A stretch of 64,000 bases of DNA, from IMG/VR virus record IMGVR_UViG_3300020470_001965. The stretch is one strand, 5' to 3'. A program made the translations under genes and the position numbers. Under the pieces are notes generated by a model. The model had not been told where the DNA came from, searched no databases, and saw only the letters and a program-made list of their open reading frames with translations. Below, one piece after another: positions 44,101-53,577 of this stretch (within the stretch, counting starts at the first letter, position 1; each line of letters opens with the position of its first letter). Source of the DNA: a virus.

Positions 44101-44450
44101 TAGTAATGGATTCTACTGAAGAACTCTATACTCTTATCGACCGTAGCATTGATGAAGCAATGTTTAACGGTCGATTTATGTTTAAGATGTATGATTATCT
44201 GAAGTCGAGCAAGTGGACACGTAAAGCAACAGGTGAACTACTAGAGTCATCATCCATGCAAGAATTAAAAGGTGTGGTCAATGAGTTGAGTCAATACATT
44301 GCACGTGACACATACATGACAGAAGCATACAGTAACATACCTAAGCCACAAGCAAGGAAGATAAGGAAATATTTTCAGAGTATGATAGATGATGCACAGT
44401 TATACTATGACACTCATAAACCAGGGCGTCCTCGTAAACGTGCTAAATAA
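44097..44450 (+). CDS. Conserved cyanophage hypothetical protein
   Basis: EAY..IPKPQARKIR.Y...KPGRP. Confidence 0.75.
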   Translation: MIVMDSTEELYTLIDRSIDEAMFNGRFMFKMYDYLKSSKWTRKATGELLESSSMQELKGVVNELSQYIARDTYMTEAYSNIPKPQARKIRKYFQSMIDDAQLYYDTHKPGRPRKRAK

Positions 44451-44473
44451 GTTCAATAACATAGGAGGAACAG

Positions 44474-44710
44474 ATGGAGTTAACTTTTTTATACACCAGT
44501 TTCTTCTTGACAATCGGAAGTTTTCTGCTAGGATTCATAGTATCCTGGAATCTTAAGCACATCTATGATGAGTGGAGAGCAAGAGCAGACTATGCTGCTG
44601 TCGTTATGCACCCTGAGATGCAAACAGATAATGGACCTGTAGACCCATCCGAGTTGTTATACTTGCGTATCACCGACGATGATGATACAATAGAAGATGA
44701 TGAAGATTAA
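44474..44710 (+). CDS. Hypothetical membrane protein
   Basis: SD AGGAGG; N-terminal TM; HPEM motif. Confidence 0.7.
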   Translation: MELTFLYTSFFLTIGSFLLGFIVSWNLKHIYDEWRARADYAAVVMHPEMQTDNGPVDPSELLYLRITDDDDTIEDDED

Positions 44711-44724
44711 CCGTTGAGCTCAAT

Positions 44725-45165
44725 ATGAAACTGATGATTTCTGAAGTGCTTCAGAAAGCACATAATGCAAAAACAAAAAAGGAAAAGATTAAAATCCTAC
44801 AGGATAACAATACTCCTGCACTAAGGATGGTCTTCGTCGCTAACTTTGACGACTCCTTGGTACCACGTGTCCCTCTCGGTGAGGACGTACCTTATCGTAA
44901 GAATGAGGCACCTAAAGGTACAGAGCACACCCTTCTTGAGAAGGAGGCATCAAAGATGTACTATTATTTCAAGGGTGGTGCTGATAACGTAGCGACGATG
45001 AAGGTAGAGAGTATGTTTATCCAACTGCTTGAAGGACTGCATGAGTCAGAAGCAGAGGTAGTTATTAAAGCAATCAATAAGACTCTTCATAAGAAGTATC
45101 GAATCACCCACGCTGTTGTTAAGGAAGCATTCCCTAGCATTGAGTGGGGTGGTAGAGGTAGATGA
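44725..45165 (+). CDS. Conserved T4-like phage protein (DUF6433-like)
   Basis: ISEVLQK...FIQLLEGLH..EAE. Confidence 0.75.
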   Translation: MKLMISEVLQKAHNAKTKKEKIKILQDNNTPALRMVFVANFDDSLVPRVPLGEDVPYRKNEAPKGTEHTLLEKEASKMYYYFKGGADNVATMKVESMFIQLLEGLHESEAEVVIKAINKTLHKKYRITHAVVKEAFPSIEWGGRGR

Positions 45166-45482
45166 AATTAACCGAGGAGCAAATCTCAACCATCAATACT
45201 GCTGGTGGGGGTTGTTATATTATCCAGACTGGTATCACACCTGATGCTGCTGAGGATAAGCAACTACCCACCAATGCATACCTTATGGAATGTGAGAAGG
45301 ATGGAGACATATGGTTTGATGTTGTTATGGGTGACACCGTAGGAATATTTGACACATATTATGATCTGCTTGGCAATGTCATCAAGAAGATGTCATACTG
45401 TAAGGGTACAAGACCACCTCACATGTGGAATGCAACTCCACCTAAGAAACAAAAAGAAAAACCACCCAAGAGGAAACAATAG
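45162..45482 (+). CDS. Hypothetical protein
   Basis: LPTNAY...FDTYYD. Confidence 0.7.
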   Translation: MKLTEEQISTINTAGGGCYIIQTGITPDAAEDKQLPTNAYLMECEKDGDIWFDVVMGDTVGIFDTYYDLLGNVIKKMSYCKGTRPPHMWNATPPKKQKEKPPKRKQ

Positions 45483-45719
45483 ATGCCCATCTACAGAGAC
45501 TACGAGATTCGTATTAACCTCAACGAGTTAGTTGAGCAACGTATCCCTGTGTGTAATGCTCTACACCCTGACCACTGCCTAACAGAGGAGCAGGAAGACC
45601 AGATAGCACATGGAATACGACAAGAGTTGGACCTGACTCCCATTTATGACCAAGTTGATGCTAAGATAAGAGAGTTCTGCGAAGCAGCACACATTGAAAT
45701 GCCATGTGAATGCCCATGA
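45483..45719 (+). CDS. Hypothetical protein
   Basis: MPIYRDYEIRINLNEL. Confidence 0.7.
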   Translation: MPIYRDYEIRINLNELVEQRIPVCNALHPDHCLTEEQEDQIAHGIRQELDLTPIYDQVDAKIREFCEAAHIEMPCECP

Positions 45720-45976
45720 CTGTATACATTGACCCTCGCCGTAAGGTAGAGGCACCTACAGAATTAACTCCAGAAGAATTGGAGAAGAAAAGAAATGAAG
45801 AATTGGGGATGAAAGTTGTGCAGACGTTTGCTACTCTAACTCTCTCACCCCTAGTCGTTATGTTGATATGGAACTGGGTGATACCTACTCTGTTTGGACT
45901 ACCTACCCTGACATACTTCACAGCACTAGGACTCTACTTACTATGTAAAATATTATTCACAAATAATAATGACTAA
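45716..45976 (+). CDS. Hypothetical membrane protein
   Basis: WNWVIPTLFGLPTLTY. Confidence 0.7.
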   Translation: MTVYIDPRRKVEAPTELTPEELEKKRNEELGMKVVQTFATLTLSPLVVMLIWNWVIPTLFGLPTLTYFTALGLYLLCKILFTNNND

Positions 45977-46676
45977 AGTATGTTTGGTTACTGTCACACC
46001 TGACGCTGAAAAAACTATCGGATACATCGCAAGAGTATCTAACCCTAACAACCAAGACAACCCGAAGGTTGCTGGTCTATTAAAGTATTGCATCAAGCAT
46101 GGACACTGGTCTATCTTTGAGCAAGCACACATGACGTTGGAGATTAATACGACACGTGGTATTGCTGCACAGATACTGAGGCACAGGTCATTCACCTTCC
46201 AAGAGTTTAGTCAGAGATATGCTGACACTAATCTCCTTGAGCCACCAGTTATACCTGAGTTGCGTAGACAGGATTTGAAAAATAGACAGAATAGTATAGA
46301 TGACATCCCAGAAACCGAGCGAGCCTTTTTACAAGGCCGAATTAAACAATACTTTGATGAAGGACAAGCCCTCTACAATGACTTACTTTCTAGCGGGATT
46401 GCAAAAGAGTGTGCGAGATTTGTGCTCCCCTTGGCTACTAGTACTCGTATCTATATGTCTGGTTCTGTAAGGAGTTGGATGCACTATATACAACTACGCA
46501 CTGCCAATGGTACACAGAAGGAGCACATGGACATAGCAAACCTATGTCGTGACCACTTCATCTGTAACTTCCCCATCACATCTAAAGCATTGGGATGGTG
46601 TCCTGATGTTGAAGACTGTGACTGTCGTTATGATAACGACTGGGGTGACACACAACCATGCTTAAGGATAGACTAA
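45969..46676 (+). CDS. thyX: Flavin-dependent thymidylate synthase
   Basis: HWSIFE, QILRHRSFTFQEFSQRY, ECARFVLP, TQKEH. Confidence 0.96.
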   Translation: MTKVCLVTVTPDAEKTIGYIARVSNPNNQDNPKVAGLLKYCIKHGHWSIFEQAHMTLEINTTRGIAAQILRHRSFTFQEFSQRYADTNLLEPPVIPELRRQDLKNRQNSIDDIPETERAFLQGRIKQYFDEGQALYNDLLSSGIAKECARFVLPLATSTRIYMSGSVRSWMHYIQLRTANGTQKEHMDIANLCRDHFICNFPITSKALGWCPDVEDCDCRYDNDWGDTQPCLRID

Positions 46677-46906
46677 TGCCAACATACCCTGTTATAAATA
46701 AATCCACAGGAGAGACTAAAGAACTCTCTATGACCATGCAAGAGTATTGTGACTGGAAGGATGCGAATCCTGACTGGGACAAGGACTGGTCTCAAGGGAC
46801 TGGTGGAGTGACATATGGAAACCCTAAACAATCGGACGGCTTCAAAGAAGTAATGAGTAAAGTACAAGAGAAACATCCAGGTGCTAACCTTTCTAGGTTT
46901 ACTTAA
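46676..46906 (+). CDS. Conserved hypothetical protein upstream of phoH
   Basis: MPTYPVINK.TGE...GFKEVMSKV...PG. Confidence 0.75.
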   Translation: MPTYPVINKSTGETKELSMTMQEYCDWKDANPDWDKDWSQGTGGVTYGNPKQSDGFKEVMSKVQEKHPGANLSRFT

Positions 46907-46908
46907 TT

Positions 46909-47673
46909 ATGCCAGCAAGAAAGAAGAATGGTAACGGTAATGGGACTCCTAATGGGAGTACCCTATCTAAAAGACAGATGAAACGCAAGCCTATCAACCT
47001 TGATCACCTTAAGGTGATTGAACCGTTGACAGATAACCAAACAAAGGTCTTTGATGCGTTTGATGAAGGTAAGAATTTAATATTGCATGGTTGTGCAGGG
47101 ACAGGTAAGACATTTATCAGTCTCTACTTATCACTCAAGCAGGTGCTAGACCAAGCTACACCATACGATAAGATTTATATGGTGCGTAGTCTTGTGCCTA
47201 CAAGAGAGATTGGTTTCCTACCTGGAGACCATGAAGATAAGAGTGACCTCTATCAGATACCATACCGTAACATGGTGAAATACATGTTTAGTATGCCAGA
47301 TGAGGTCACATTTAACGGGCTGTATGACAACCTACGTGGCCAGGATTCTATATCTTTCTGGTCTACATCATTCTTACGTGGTGTCACCCTTGACAATGCT
47401 ATTATAATAGTAGATGAGTTTAGTAATCTAAACTTCCATGAGTTAGATAGTATCACCACTCGTGTTGGTCAAAACTCTAGGATTATATTCTGTGGAGATT
47501 ACACACAGTCTGACCTAGTTAAAACCAATGAGAGGTCTGGTGTGCTAGACTTCATGAAGATATGCAGACAGATGCCATCGTTTGAGATGGTTGAGTTTGA
47601 GATACCAGACATCGTTAGGTCTGGTTTCATAAAGGAATATCTTATTAGTAAAATCAACCTTGGAATTGCCTGA
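46909..47673 (+). CDS. phoH: PhoH-family ATPase
   Basis: GCAGTGKT, IGFLPG, FLRGVT, VDE, GDYTQSD, DIVRSG. Confidence 0.96.
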   Translation: MPARKKNGNGNGTPNGSTLSKRQMKRKPINLDHLKVIEPLTDNQTKVFDAFDEGKNLILHGCAGTGKTFISLYLSLKQVLDQATPYDKIYMVRSLVPTREIGFLPGDHEDKSDLYQIPYRNMVKYMFSMPDEVTFNGLYDNLRGQDSISFWSTSFLRGVTLDNAIIIVDEFSNLNFHELDSITTRVGQNSRIIFCGDYTQSDLVKTNERSGVLDFMKICRQMPSFEMVEFEIPDIVRSGFIKEYLISKINLGIA

Positions 47674-48341
47674 TGTTTAATTATGTTGGTCCTGCTAAGC
47701 CTCTAACGGAGGTAAGCAGTAGGACACTTGATGAAGGTCGCTTCTATAAGATTGATGACAAGTGGATGCCATCTGTCACAACAGTCGTAGGACACCAATC
47801 AAAAGCTGGTATACTAGAGTGGCAGGACCGTGTAGGTTTTGCTAAAGCAGAGCAGATTAGACGCTCGTCTGCCTGGCGTGGCACTCAGTACCACAATCTA
47901 GTAGAGCACTATTTAAAGAATGAATTGGAGGAAGTTGAAAAAAGCGAGGGTCTTCCCACGTACCTTTTTAGGGCTGCTCGTGAGACTCTTGATCGTATTT
48001 CTAATATTCATTGCATTGAGGCCCCTCTTTTTTCTCGTCGTCTGGGGATTGCTGGTCGTGTTGATTGCATTGCTGAGTTTGATTCTGAGCTTAGCATCAT
48101 AGATTTCAAGACAACCAAGCAACTCAAGAAGGTAGAGCACCTAGAGAAATTCTTTGTGCAGGAAGCAGCATATGCTTACATGTATTATGAATTGACTGGT
48201 GTTGAGGTGGACAAACTTGTGACACTATCTGTTGCTGAAGATGGAAGTGTGCAAGTTGAGCAAAGATATGATAAAGTAGAGTATATTGACACCTTAATCG
48301 ATTGGATTACTGAATATCATGAAAGTCTCAATGCAGCGTGA
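47673..48341 (+). CDS. PD-(D/E)XK exonuclease (Cas4/RecB-like)
   Basis: PSVTT, RGT.YH, AGRVDCI, IIDFKT, Q..AY. Confidence 0.85.
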   Translation: MFNYVGPAKPLTEVSSRTLDEGRFYKIDDKWMPSVTTVVGHQSKAGILEWQDRVGFAKAEQIRRSSAWRGTQYHNLVEHYLKNELEEVEKSEGLPTYLFRAARETLDRISNIHCIEAPLFSRRLGIAGRVDCIAEFDSELSIIDFKTTKQLKKVEHLEKFFVQEAAYAYMYYELTGVEVDKLVTLSVAEDGSVQVEQRYDKVEYIDTLIDWITEYHESLNAA

Positions 48342-48963
48342 AGATGTTTTAGGTGTACCTTTCTATCGTTTTTATTACGATGAAGATAAGGTACCAGGTA
48401 TCCTAGAGTCACTACAGAAACTAGAGTACCGTGACAACAGCACCAATGAAATCTGGGTCGGTGTTGATGATAGTGGTGAAGGAGGAAGTGACCTCTACAA
48501 TTACCCAGACTTCGCTGATTTATTCGCGTGGATGCAGGAGTGCATGGCCGAAGTTGCTAAAGACTTGAACATTCCAAACAAATTGGTATGTAATGCTGCA
48601 TGGTCTCATAGAAACAAGCAGCATCAATTCTTCTACGACCATACACACTACAATACTATGTTTAGTAGCAACTACTATGCATCAGGTGTACCAGAAGATA
48701 AGACACAGTGGTTCTATCCTAATCCTTACTTCCATTACACTAACCTCTATCCATTAGGGGACTACACAGAAGACAAATATATGTTAAACTGGATGGAAGA
48801 TACTGAACCTGGTAAGTTTATAGTCTTCCCGCCTATGATAAGGCATCGAGCATGGGCTAACACATCACCAGAAGATCGTATTACTATTGCAGCGAACTGG
48901 TTTCCAACAGGTAATATTAATGCATCTGGTGTCTCTCATCTAAAGGTGGACGTTATACAATGA
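48331..48963 (+). CDS. 2OG-Fe(II) oxygenase-like protein (TIGR02466-type)
   Basis: HTH...SSNYY...FPP..RH...RITIAAN. Confidence 0.75.
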   Translation: MQREDVLGVPFYRFYYDEDKVPGILESLQKLEYRDNSTNEIWVGVDDSGEGGSDLYNYPDFADLFAWMQECMAEVAKDLNIPNKLVCNAAWSHRNKQHQFFYDHTHYNTMFSSNYYASGVPEDKTQWFYPNPYFHYTNLYPLGDYTEDKYMLNWMEDTEPGKFIVFPPMIRHRAWANTSPEDRITIAANWFPTGNINASGVSHLKVDVIQ

Positions 48964-49205
48964 AAGAGATAGAGGAAAAGTTTATGACTCAAGGAAAATT
49001 CACTTCCTTGGTGGAGCAGAGAGTTAAAGACAGTAATGGTCTTATTAACTACATAGAATCAGTAGCATCTGTTTGTGAAGAATTTGAGATTGAAGTGGAG
49101 ACAGTGAGTAAACTTATATCTAAACCACTTAAAGATAAAATCAAATGGGATGCACAACAATTAAACTACATGAAACGTACAAGTAGAGGGGTTTTAAACC
49201 TATGA
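48960..49205 (+). CDS. 33: Late transcription coactivator gp33
   Basis: KLISKPLKDKIKWDAQQLNYM. Confidence 0.9.
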   Translation: MKEIEEKFMTQGKFTSLVEQRVKDSNGLINYIESVASVCEEFEIEVETVSKLISKPLKDKIKWDAQQLNYMKRTSRGVLNL

Positions 49206-49576
49206 AGGACGACTTTTTCAAATCAGAGATAGTTGCAAAAGAGCTTGAGGATATACAAGCATGTTATACTTCCCTGTTGCAAATGTCATCTGGACTTAAG
49301 TCTTTCTCACCACAGGAAAGATTGGACCACATCGAGAAGACTCTTGAGTTGATTGCAAAGCAGAAGGTATTCTACGCACGTCTGCAACTAGCAGCAACTG
49401 ATTTGAATGACGATGAATCAGCAAAAGCAATTAAAGACAACATTGAAACCATGTCCATGCAGTATAGTCAGGGCATGGATTTGAATACTATCCTTAACCA
49501 CATGGAAGGCAAGCTCCAGCATTGGAGACGTGAGATTAAGGAGAAGCATCCTAACGACTTGACGGAGCCTAAATAG
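49202..49576 (+). CDS. DUF1825-like protein
   Basis: FFKSEIV..EL...LIAKQKVFYARL; between gp33 and gp32. Confidence 0.7.
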   Translation: MKDDFFKSEIVAKELEDIQACYTSLLQMSSGLKSFSPQERLDHIEKTLELIAKQKVFYARLQLAATDLNDDESAKAIKDNIETMSMQYSQGMDLNTILNHMEGKLQHWRREIKEKHPNDLTEPK

Positions 49577-49590
49577 TATGCTACTATAAT
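49559..49590 (+). promoter_or_regulatory. Early promoter (TTGACG-17-TACTAT) with nested CTAAATA upstream of gp32
   Basis: Motifs read directly. Confidence 0.55.
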
Positions 49591-49632
49591 CCAGTAGCAC
49601 ATACTACAATACAACATCGGAGACAAATACGA

Positions 49633-50550
49633 ATGTCATTTGCATCTTTAAAGAGTAAGTCTGGTAAGTTTTCTAAGCTTACACAACAGATTGAAAACAT
49701 GTCCAAGCCTCAGGGGCGTGGTCCAGACGAAAGGCTCTGGAAACCAGAGGTAGATAAATCAGGCAACGGTTACGCTGTTATTCGTTTCCTACCAGAACCA
49801 GAGGGTGAAGACCTTCCTTGGGCTCAGGTATGGAGTCATGCATTTCAAGGACCAGGTGGATGGTACATTGAGAATTCTCTCACTACCCTCAACCAGAAGG
49901 ATCCTGTTGGTGAGTTAAACAGGACGCTATGGAATAGTGGTCTTGATTCTGACAAGGACGTAGCACGTAAGCAGAAGCGTAAACTCTCATACTACAGCAA
50001 TATTCTTGTTGTAAAGGACCAGCTACATCCAGAGAATGAGGGTAAGGTATTCTTGTACAAGTATGGCAAGAAGATCCATGATAAGATTGCATCAGCAATG
50101 CAACCACAGTTTGAGGATGAGACACCCATCAATCCATTTGACCTATGGAAGGGTGCAAACTTTAAGATTAAGATTCAGACCATTGGTGGATACTGGAACT
50201 ATGATAAGTCAGAGTTCGATGTCCCATCAGTAGCAGGTGGATTGGATGATGAAGCCCTAGAGGCACTATGGAAGAAGGAGTATTCTCTTACAGAGTTTAC
50301 TGACCTTAAGAATTTCAAGTCTTATGAAGAGCTTGAGGCACGTCTTAACCTAGTCTTAGGTAAGACTGCACGTGCTAAAGTAAGGTCAAATGAAGAGGAC
50401 GAAGAATTGCTGCCACTGGATAGTCCAGTTGTTAAAGCGGACCCTTCACCCCCACAAAAGAGTGGGTTTGGTGCTAAAGTAGAAGAAATCAACGAGGGAG
50501 GGGACTCACCTGACCTTAGTTACTTCGCAGCACTAGCATCTGATGACTAA
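49633..50550 (+). CDS. 32: Single-stranded DNA-binding protein gp32
   Basis: DKSGNGYAVIRFLP, WYIENSLTT, GANFKIK, NYDKSEF, acidic tail. Confidence 0.97.
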   Translation: MSFASLKSKSGKFSKLTQQIENMSKPQGRGPDERLWKPEVDKSGNGYAVIRFLPEPEGEDLPWAQVWSHAFQGPGGWYIENSLTTLNQKDPVGELNRTLWNSGLDSDKDVARKQKRKLSYYSNILVVKDQLHPENEGKVFLYKYGKKIHDKIASAMQPQFEDETPINPFDLWKGANFKIKIQTIGGYWNYDKSEFDVPSVAGGLDDEALEALWKKEYSLTEFTDLKNFKSYEELEARLNLVLGKTARAKVRSNEEDEELLPLDSPVVKADPSPPQKSGFGAKVEEINEGGDSPDLSYFAALASDD

Positions 50551-50917
50551 ATTCTTCGCTCCATTACTCGCTCTGGGTTTGCTTGGTGCTCAACCTGCAT
50601 CAGCACTCACATGGGCAGAGTTTTGGGAACCATTTACCGAAGAGCACCACCATCACCATCACAGTCACAGACCTCGTAGAAGACCTCATTACGAGGTCCA
50701 TCGACCCTATTATGGACCAGTATTGCACAAGCATGCTGGTTTCGATGGACACACGAGGGACTGGCACCCTGTAGGACGCAAGCATCATGTCCACTTCGAC
50801 CCTGATTTCGTAGGGTATTGCAGTAAAATCACCCGCTATAAGAAGTGGGTGCATCCTCACCACCATGAGTGGGGACACTGGAGCCACTGGACTAAGGTCG
50901 AAGAACATCCATGCTAA
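50543..50917 (+). CDS. Secreted His-rich protein
   Basis: Signal peptide ...PASA|LTWAEFWEPF; 23 His in 124 aa; two Cys. Confidence 0.75.
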   Translation: MTKFFAPLLALGLLGAQPASALTWAEFWEPFTEEHHHHHHSHRPRRRPHYEVHRPYYGPVLHKHAGFDGHTRDWHPVGRKHHVHFDPDFVGYCSKITRYKKWVHPHHHEWGHWSHWTKVEEHPC

Positions 50918-50948
50918 ATCCCGTATATTATTTCGATTTTTGATCAAG

Positions 50949-50981
50949 AAAAACCCCGCTAAAAAAGCGGGGTATTTTTTT
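50949..50981. terminator. Bidirectional rho-independent terminator
   Basis: A-tract-ACCCCGCT-aaaaa-AGCGGGGT-T7 between convergent genes. Confidence 0.85.
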
Positions 50982-51006
50982 GTCTGTCAGGGTCGAGTAA
51001 GTATTT

Positions 51007-51249
51007 CTACTTAGTCTTAAAGCAATGGTATCCACAACGGTTAGGATCCGTTAGGGACTTTACTGCACGTGTGTTCCAACCATGTGGAGCACTAGGGCGG
51101 CCTTTCTTTGCGGTCATCTCTTCAAGGCTTTTTGGTACGAAAAACTCATTACAGGTTTTCCAAGGCAAAATAGGTGCTCTACCCTTTCTTTCGCCAAATG
51201 GCTCAAACTCTTGAGGATCAAAGTTTACCTCATAATGTATGCGTGACAT
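51007..51249 (-). CDS. Basic hypothetical protein with its own early promoter
   Basis: 80-aa ORF; TTGCAT-18-TATACT on the minus strand at 51305-51276. Confidence 0.6.
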   Translation of the reverse strand: MSRIHYEVNFDPQEFEPFGERKGRAPILPWKTCNEFFVPKSLEEMTAKKGRPSAPHGWNTRAVKSLTDPNRCGYHCFKTK

Positions 51250-51354
51250 AGGAGTGAATGTTTAACAACTTGCTTAGTATAGCAGTATATGCAAGTTTAA
51301 TGCAACCCCCCTATTGTGTCAGGAAGTGTCATGAAGGGACACCGTTAATAAATC

Positions 51355-52227
51355 TTAATATCCCCCTGAAGACCCATATTGGTTAGTTGTCTGAGTATTG
51401 CTATCAGTCGTGGTTTGGGTAGTTACTGTAGTGCTACCATCCGCTAATGACTGTCCTTCTCCAATAGTCATTTCTTCGGTTGTAAATTCCTTAGATGAGA
51501 ATTCTTGCTGAGAGGCAAATTCGATATTTGACGTTAATCCGATATTTGTCGAATATGTTGGTTTTACGCTTGTGAAGGTTTCTTCGACAACTGACGTAGA
51601 TCTCTTAGCTTGCGTATCTGGGTCAGTTTCCCCATTTGGCAGATATGAGACTAGCATCTGGAATTCCTCTATGAAGTCAGGAAGGTAATCTTCCCTTAGA
51701 AGGTATATATTCCGTTTATAGTCGTTGAGCTCGGATTCGTACTCATAGTTCGTAACTGGGACAACAAGGTCTTCCTTTTCGACCATTGTGCCGTCGTAAC
51801 GTCTGTACGTCCAATTCTCAGGTACCTCCAATCCCGCTTTAACGACGATTCTACCCTTTTGATCCCTAATTTCCTGAGACTTCCAATGATGGGTATCTTC
51901 AACTCTTGATTCTCCATATTTCTGCACACACATTTTATATAGTTCATCTTCTGTCATAGGCCACTCAGAATACAAATTAATGCAATTATTGCAAAGTAGC
52001 ACTATCCAGTCATATGACCCATTACCGTAATGTTTGAAAGCAACCTGATCTGGTCTTTCGTTGTTTTGGACGGTATATTGCGAAAATCCCAAAATAACGT
52101 CATCTAGCTCTTCTCTGATTTTTATTCGTCTGAAGAGGTTTTTCGCTAAAACATGAGGGTCAATATTATTTGTCCTATAAGAGGAAGACCTTACATATAC
52201 ATCTGGTAAATTCTTGAAATATGCCAT
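51355..52227 (-). CDS. 53: Baseplate wedge subunit gp53
   Basis: MAYFKNLP, ERPDQVA..YG...DWIVLL.N, WP, TNYEYE...N..KR.I. Confidence 0.9.
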   Translation of the reverse strand: MAYFKNLPDVYVRSSSYRTNNIDPHVLAKNLFRRIKIREELDDVILGFSQYTVQNNERPDQVAFKHYGNGSYDWIVLLCNNCINLYSEWPMTEDELYKMCVQKYGESRVEDTHHWKSQEIRDQKGRIVVKAGLEVPENWTYRRYDGTMVEKEDLVVPVTNYEYESELNDYKRNIYLLREDYLPDFIEEFQMLVSYLPNGETDPDTQAKRSTSVVEETFTSVKPTYSTNIGLTSNIEFASQQEFSSKEFTTEEMTIGEGQSLADGSTTVTTQTTTDSNTQTTNQYGSSGGY

Positions 52228-53141
52228 TATTTGAAGGACTCCTTGGTAACGAATGCAGTCTCTTGGAAACTGAGATCCATGTTATATGCAGAAGGACCAA
52301 AGTCGTCAGTCCTCGCTCCAGGATTCCATGATTGCAGTGAACTATATCCCCCTTCAGGTGCGAAGTTGAGATTCATATTGGTTAATACCAATTTAGTTGG
52401 GAATTGCATCAGTTTATTAAGTATTCCCATCTTTCCACCAGTTCTAGGGTTGCTGATAGTCTCTTGTTCCCCTGAATCTGTGTATCTAATGATTGATATT
52501 CTAAAATACTCAGGTATGGTCAACCATCTGTTATTACCGCTTCTACCAGGTAACATACACTGTCTTAGGTTTGAAACGATATCATATATGGACTGGACAT
52601 CCTGACTATTCCTTGGTACAAGTCTAAATTGGAATTTATGGTCTCTAAACTTATCTTGACCCTTGAAGATTGCTTCTTCATATGGGTTGAAAATTCTTTT
52701 ATCTACTAATGCGGATACATCGTTAGTTGTTAAACTACCATCTCCTACACCACTGAATCCGATAGCAGAGTTGATGATTTTAGCACCAGCAGAGAATGCC
52801 ATTGCACTTTTACCTGTTTCTGCTGCTTGCTTAACGGTTTCTGAGAAACTATCACCTATAGCACCTGTCTTGAATGCGTCACTACCAGCATCAAGTGCTG
52901 CTCTACCAATACCACCTAGTTGCACAGTATTGTACGCAACAGAGTAACCCTCACCCAGAGCTTGAGGTAAATACAGATAAATAGGTCCAAAATCGGTAGT
53001 ACGATCTGACTTATGATCATATATGTCAAACTTTAGATAATCAACTACTTTGGTCGGAAAGCCATTTTCCTCTCGGATAGCTTCCTGACTCATCCTACTA
53101 TTGACACCTAATGGTTTACTTCTTGGAAATACTAACGGCAT
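52227..53141 (-). CDS. 48: Baseplate tail-tube cap gp48
   Basis: LYLP, NPYEE.IFKG, FR...F.F.L.PRN, L.LSFQET. Confidence 0.85.
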   Translation of the reverse strand: MPLVFPRSKPLGVNSRMSQEAIREENGFPTKVVDYLKFDIYDHKSDRTTDFGPIYLYLPQALGEGYSVAYNTVQLGGIGRAALDAGSDAFKTGAIGDSFSETVKQAAETGKSAMAFSAGAKIINSAIGFSGVGDGSLTTNDVSALVDKRIFNPYEEAIFKGQDKFRDHKFQFRLVPRNSQDVQSIYDIVSNLRQCMLPGRSGNNRWLTIPEYFRISIIRYTDSGEQETISNPRTGGKMGILNKLMQFPTKLVLTNMNLNFAPEGGYSSLQSWNPGARTDDFGPSAYNMDLSFQETAFVTKESFK

Positions 53142-53577
53142 GAGTTATAAGGGACGCTACAAACCATCAAATCGACATAAGTATAAAGGTGATCCTACGA
53201 ATATTATTTATAGGAGTTTGTGGGAAAAAAAGTTTATGATATGGTGTGATAAGAATTCAAACGTTTTGGAGTGGGGCAGTGAAGAAATTATTATTCCATA
53301 TAGGTCTCCCGTGGATAATCGTATTCATCGCTATTATCCCGATTTTTATGTTAAAGCCATCACGAGAGACGGAAGACTCGCAAAAAGCATCATTGAGATC
53401 AAACCTTATGCTCAGACTACACCACCGAAACGCAGGAAACAAAAATCGAGGACTTTTCTGAGCGAAGTTAAAACATGGAGTGTGAATGCTGCAAAATGGA
53501 AAGCAGCACGGTCGTATTGTGCAGATAGACGCATGACCTTCTTAATATTGACCGAACATCACTTAAACATCAAATGA
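53140..53577 (+). CDS. 4: Head completion nuclease gp4
   Basis: KYKGDPTNIIYRSLWE, WGSEE, HRYYPDF, EIKP, ILTE. Confidence 0.92.
   Translation: MSYKGRYKPSNRHKYKGDPTNIIYRSLWEKKFMIWCDKNSNVLEWGSEEIIIPYRSPVDNRIHRYYPDFYVKAITRDGRLAKSIIEIKPYAQTTPPKRRKQKSRTFLSEVKTWSVNAAKWKAARSYCADRRMTFLILTEHHLNIK
53205..53212 (-). promoter_or_regulatory. T4-type late promoter for gp48-gp53, inside gp4
   Basis: TATTTATA is TATAAATA on the minus strand, about 65 nt upstream of the gp48 start. Confidence 0.55.

Noticed and set aside
47673-48341. Cas4-like nuclease as evidence of CRISPR
   Set aside because: No repeat-spacer array or other cas genes seen; this is a core exonuclease beside phoH in T4-like marine phages.
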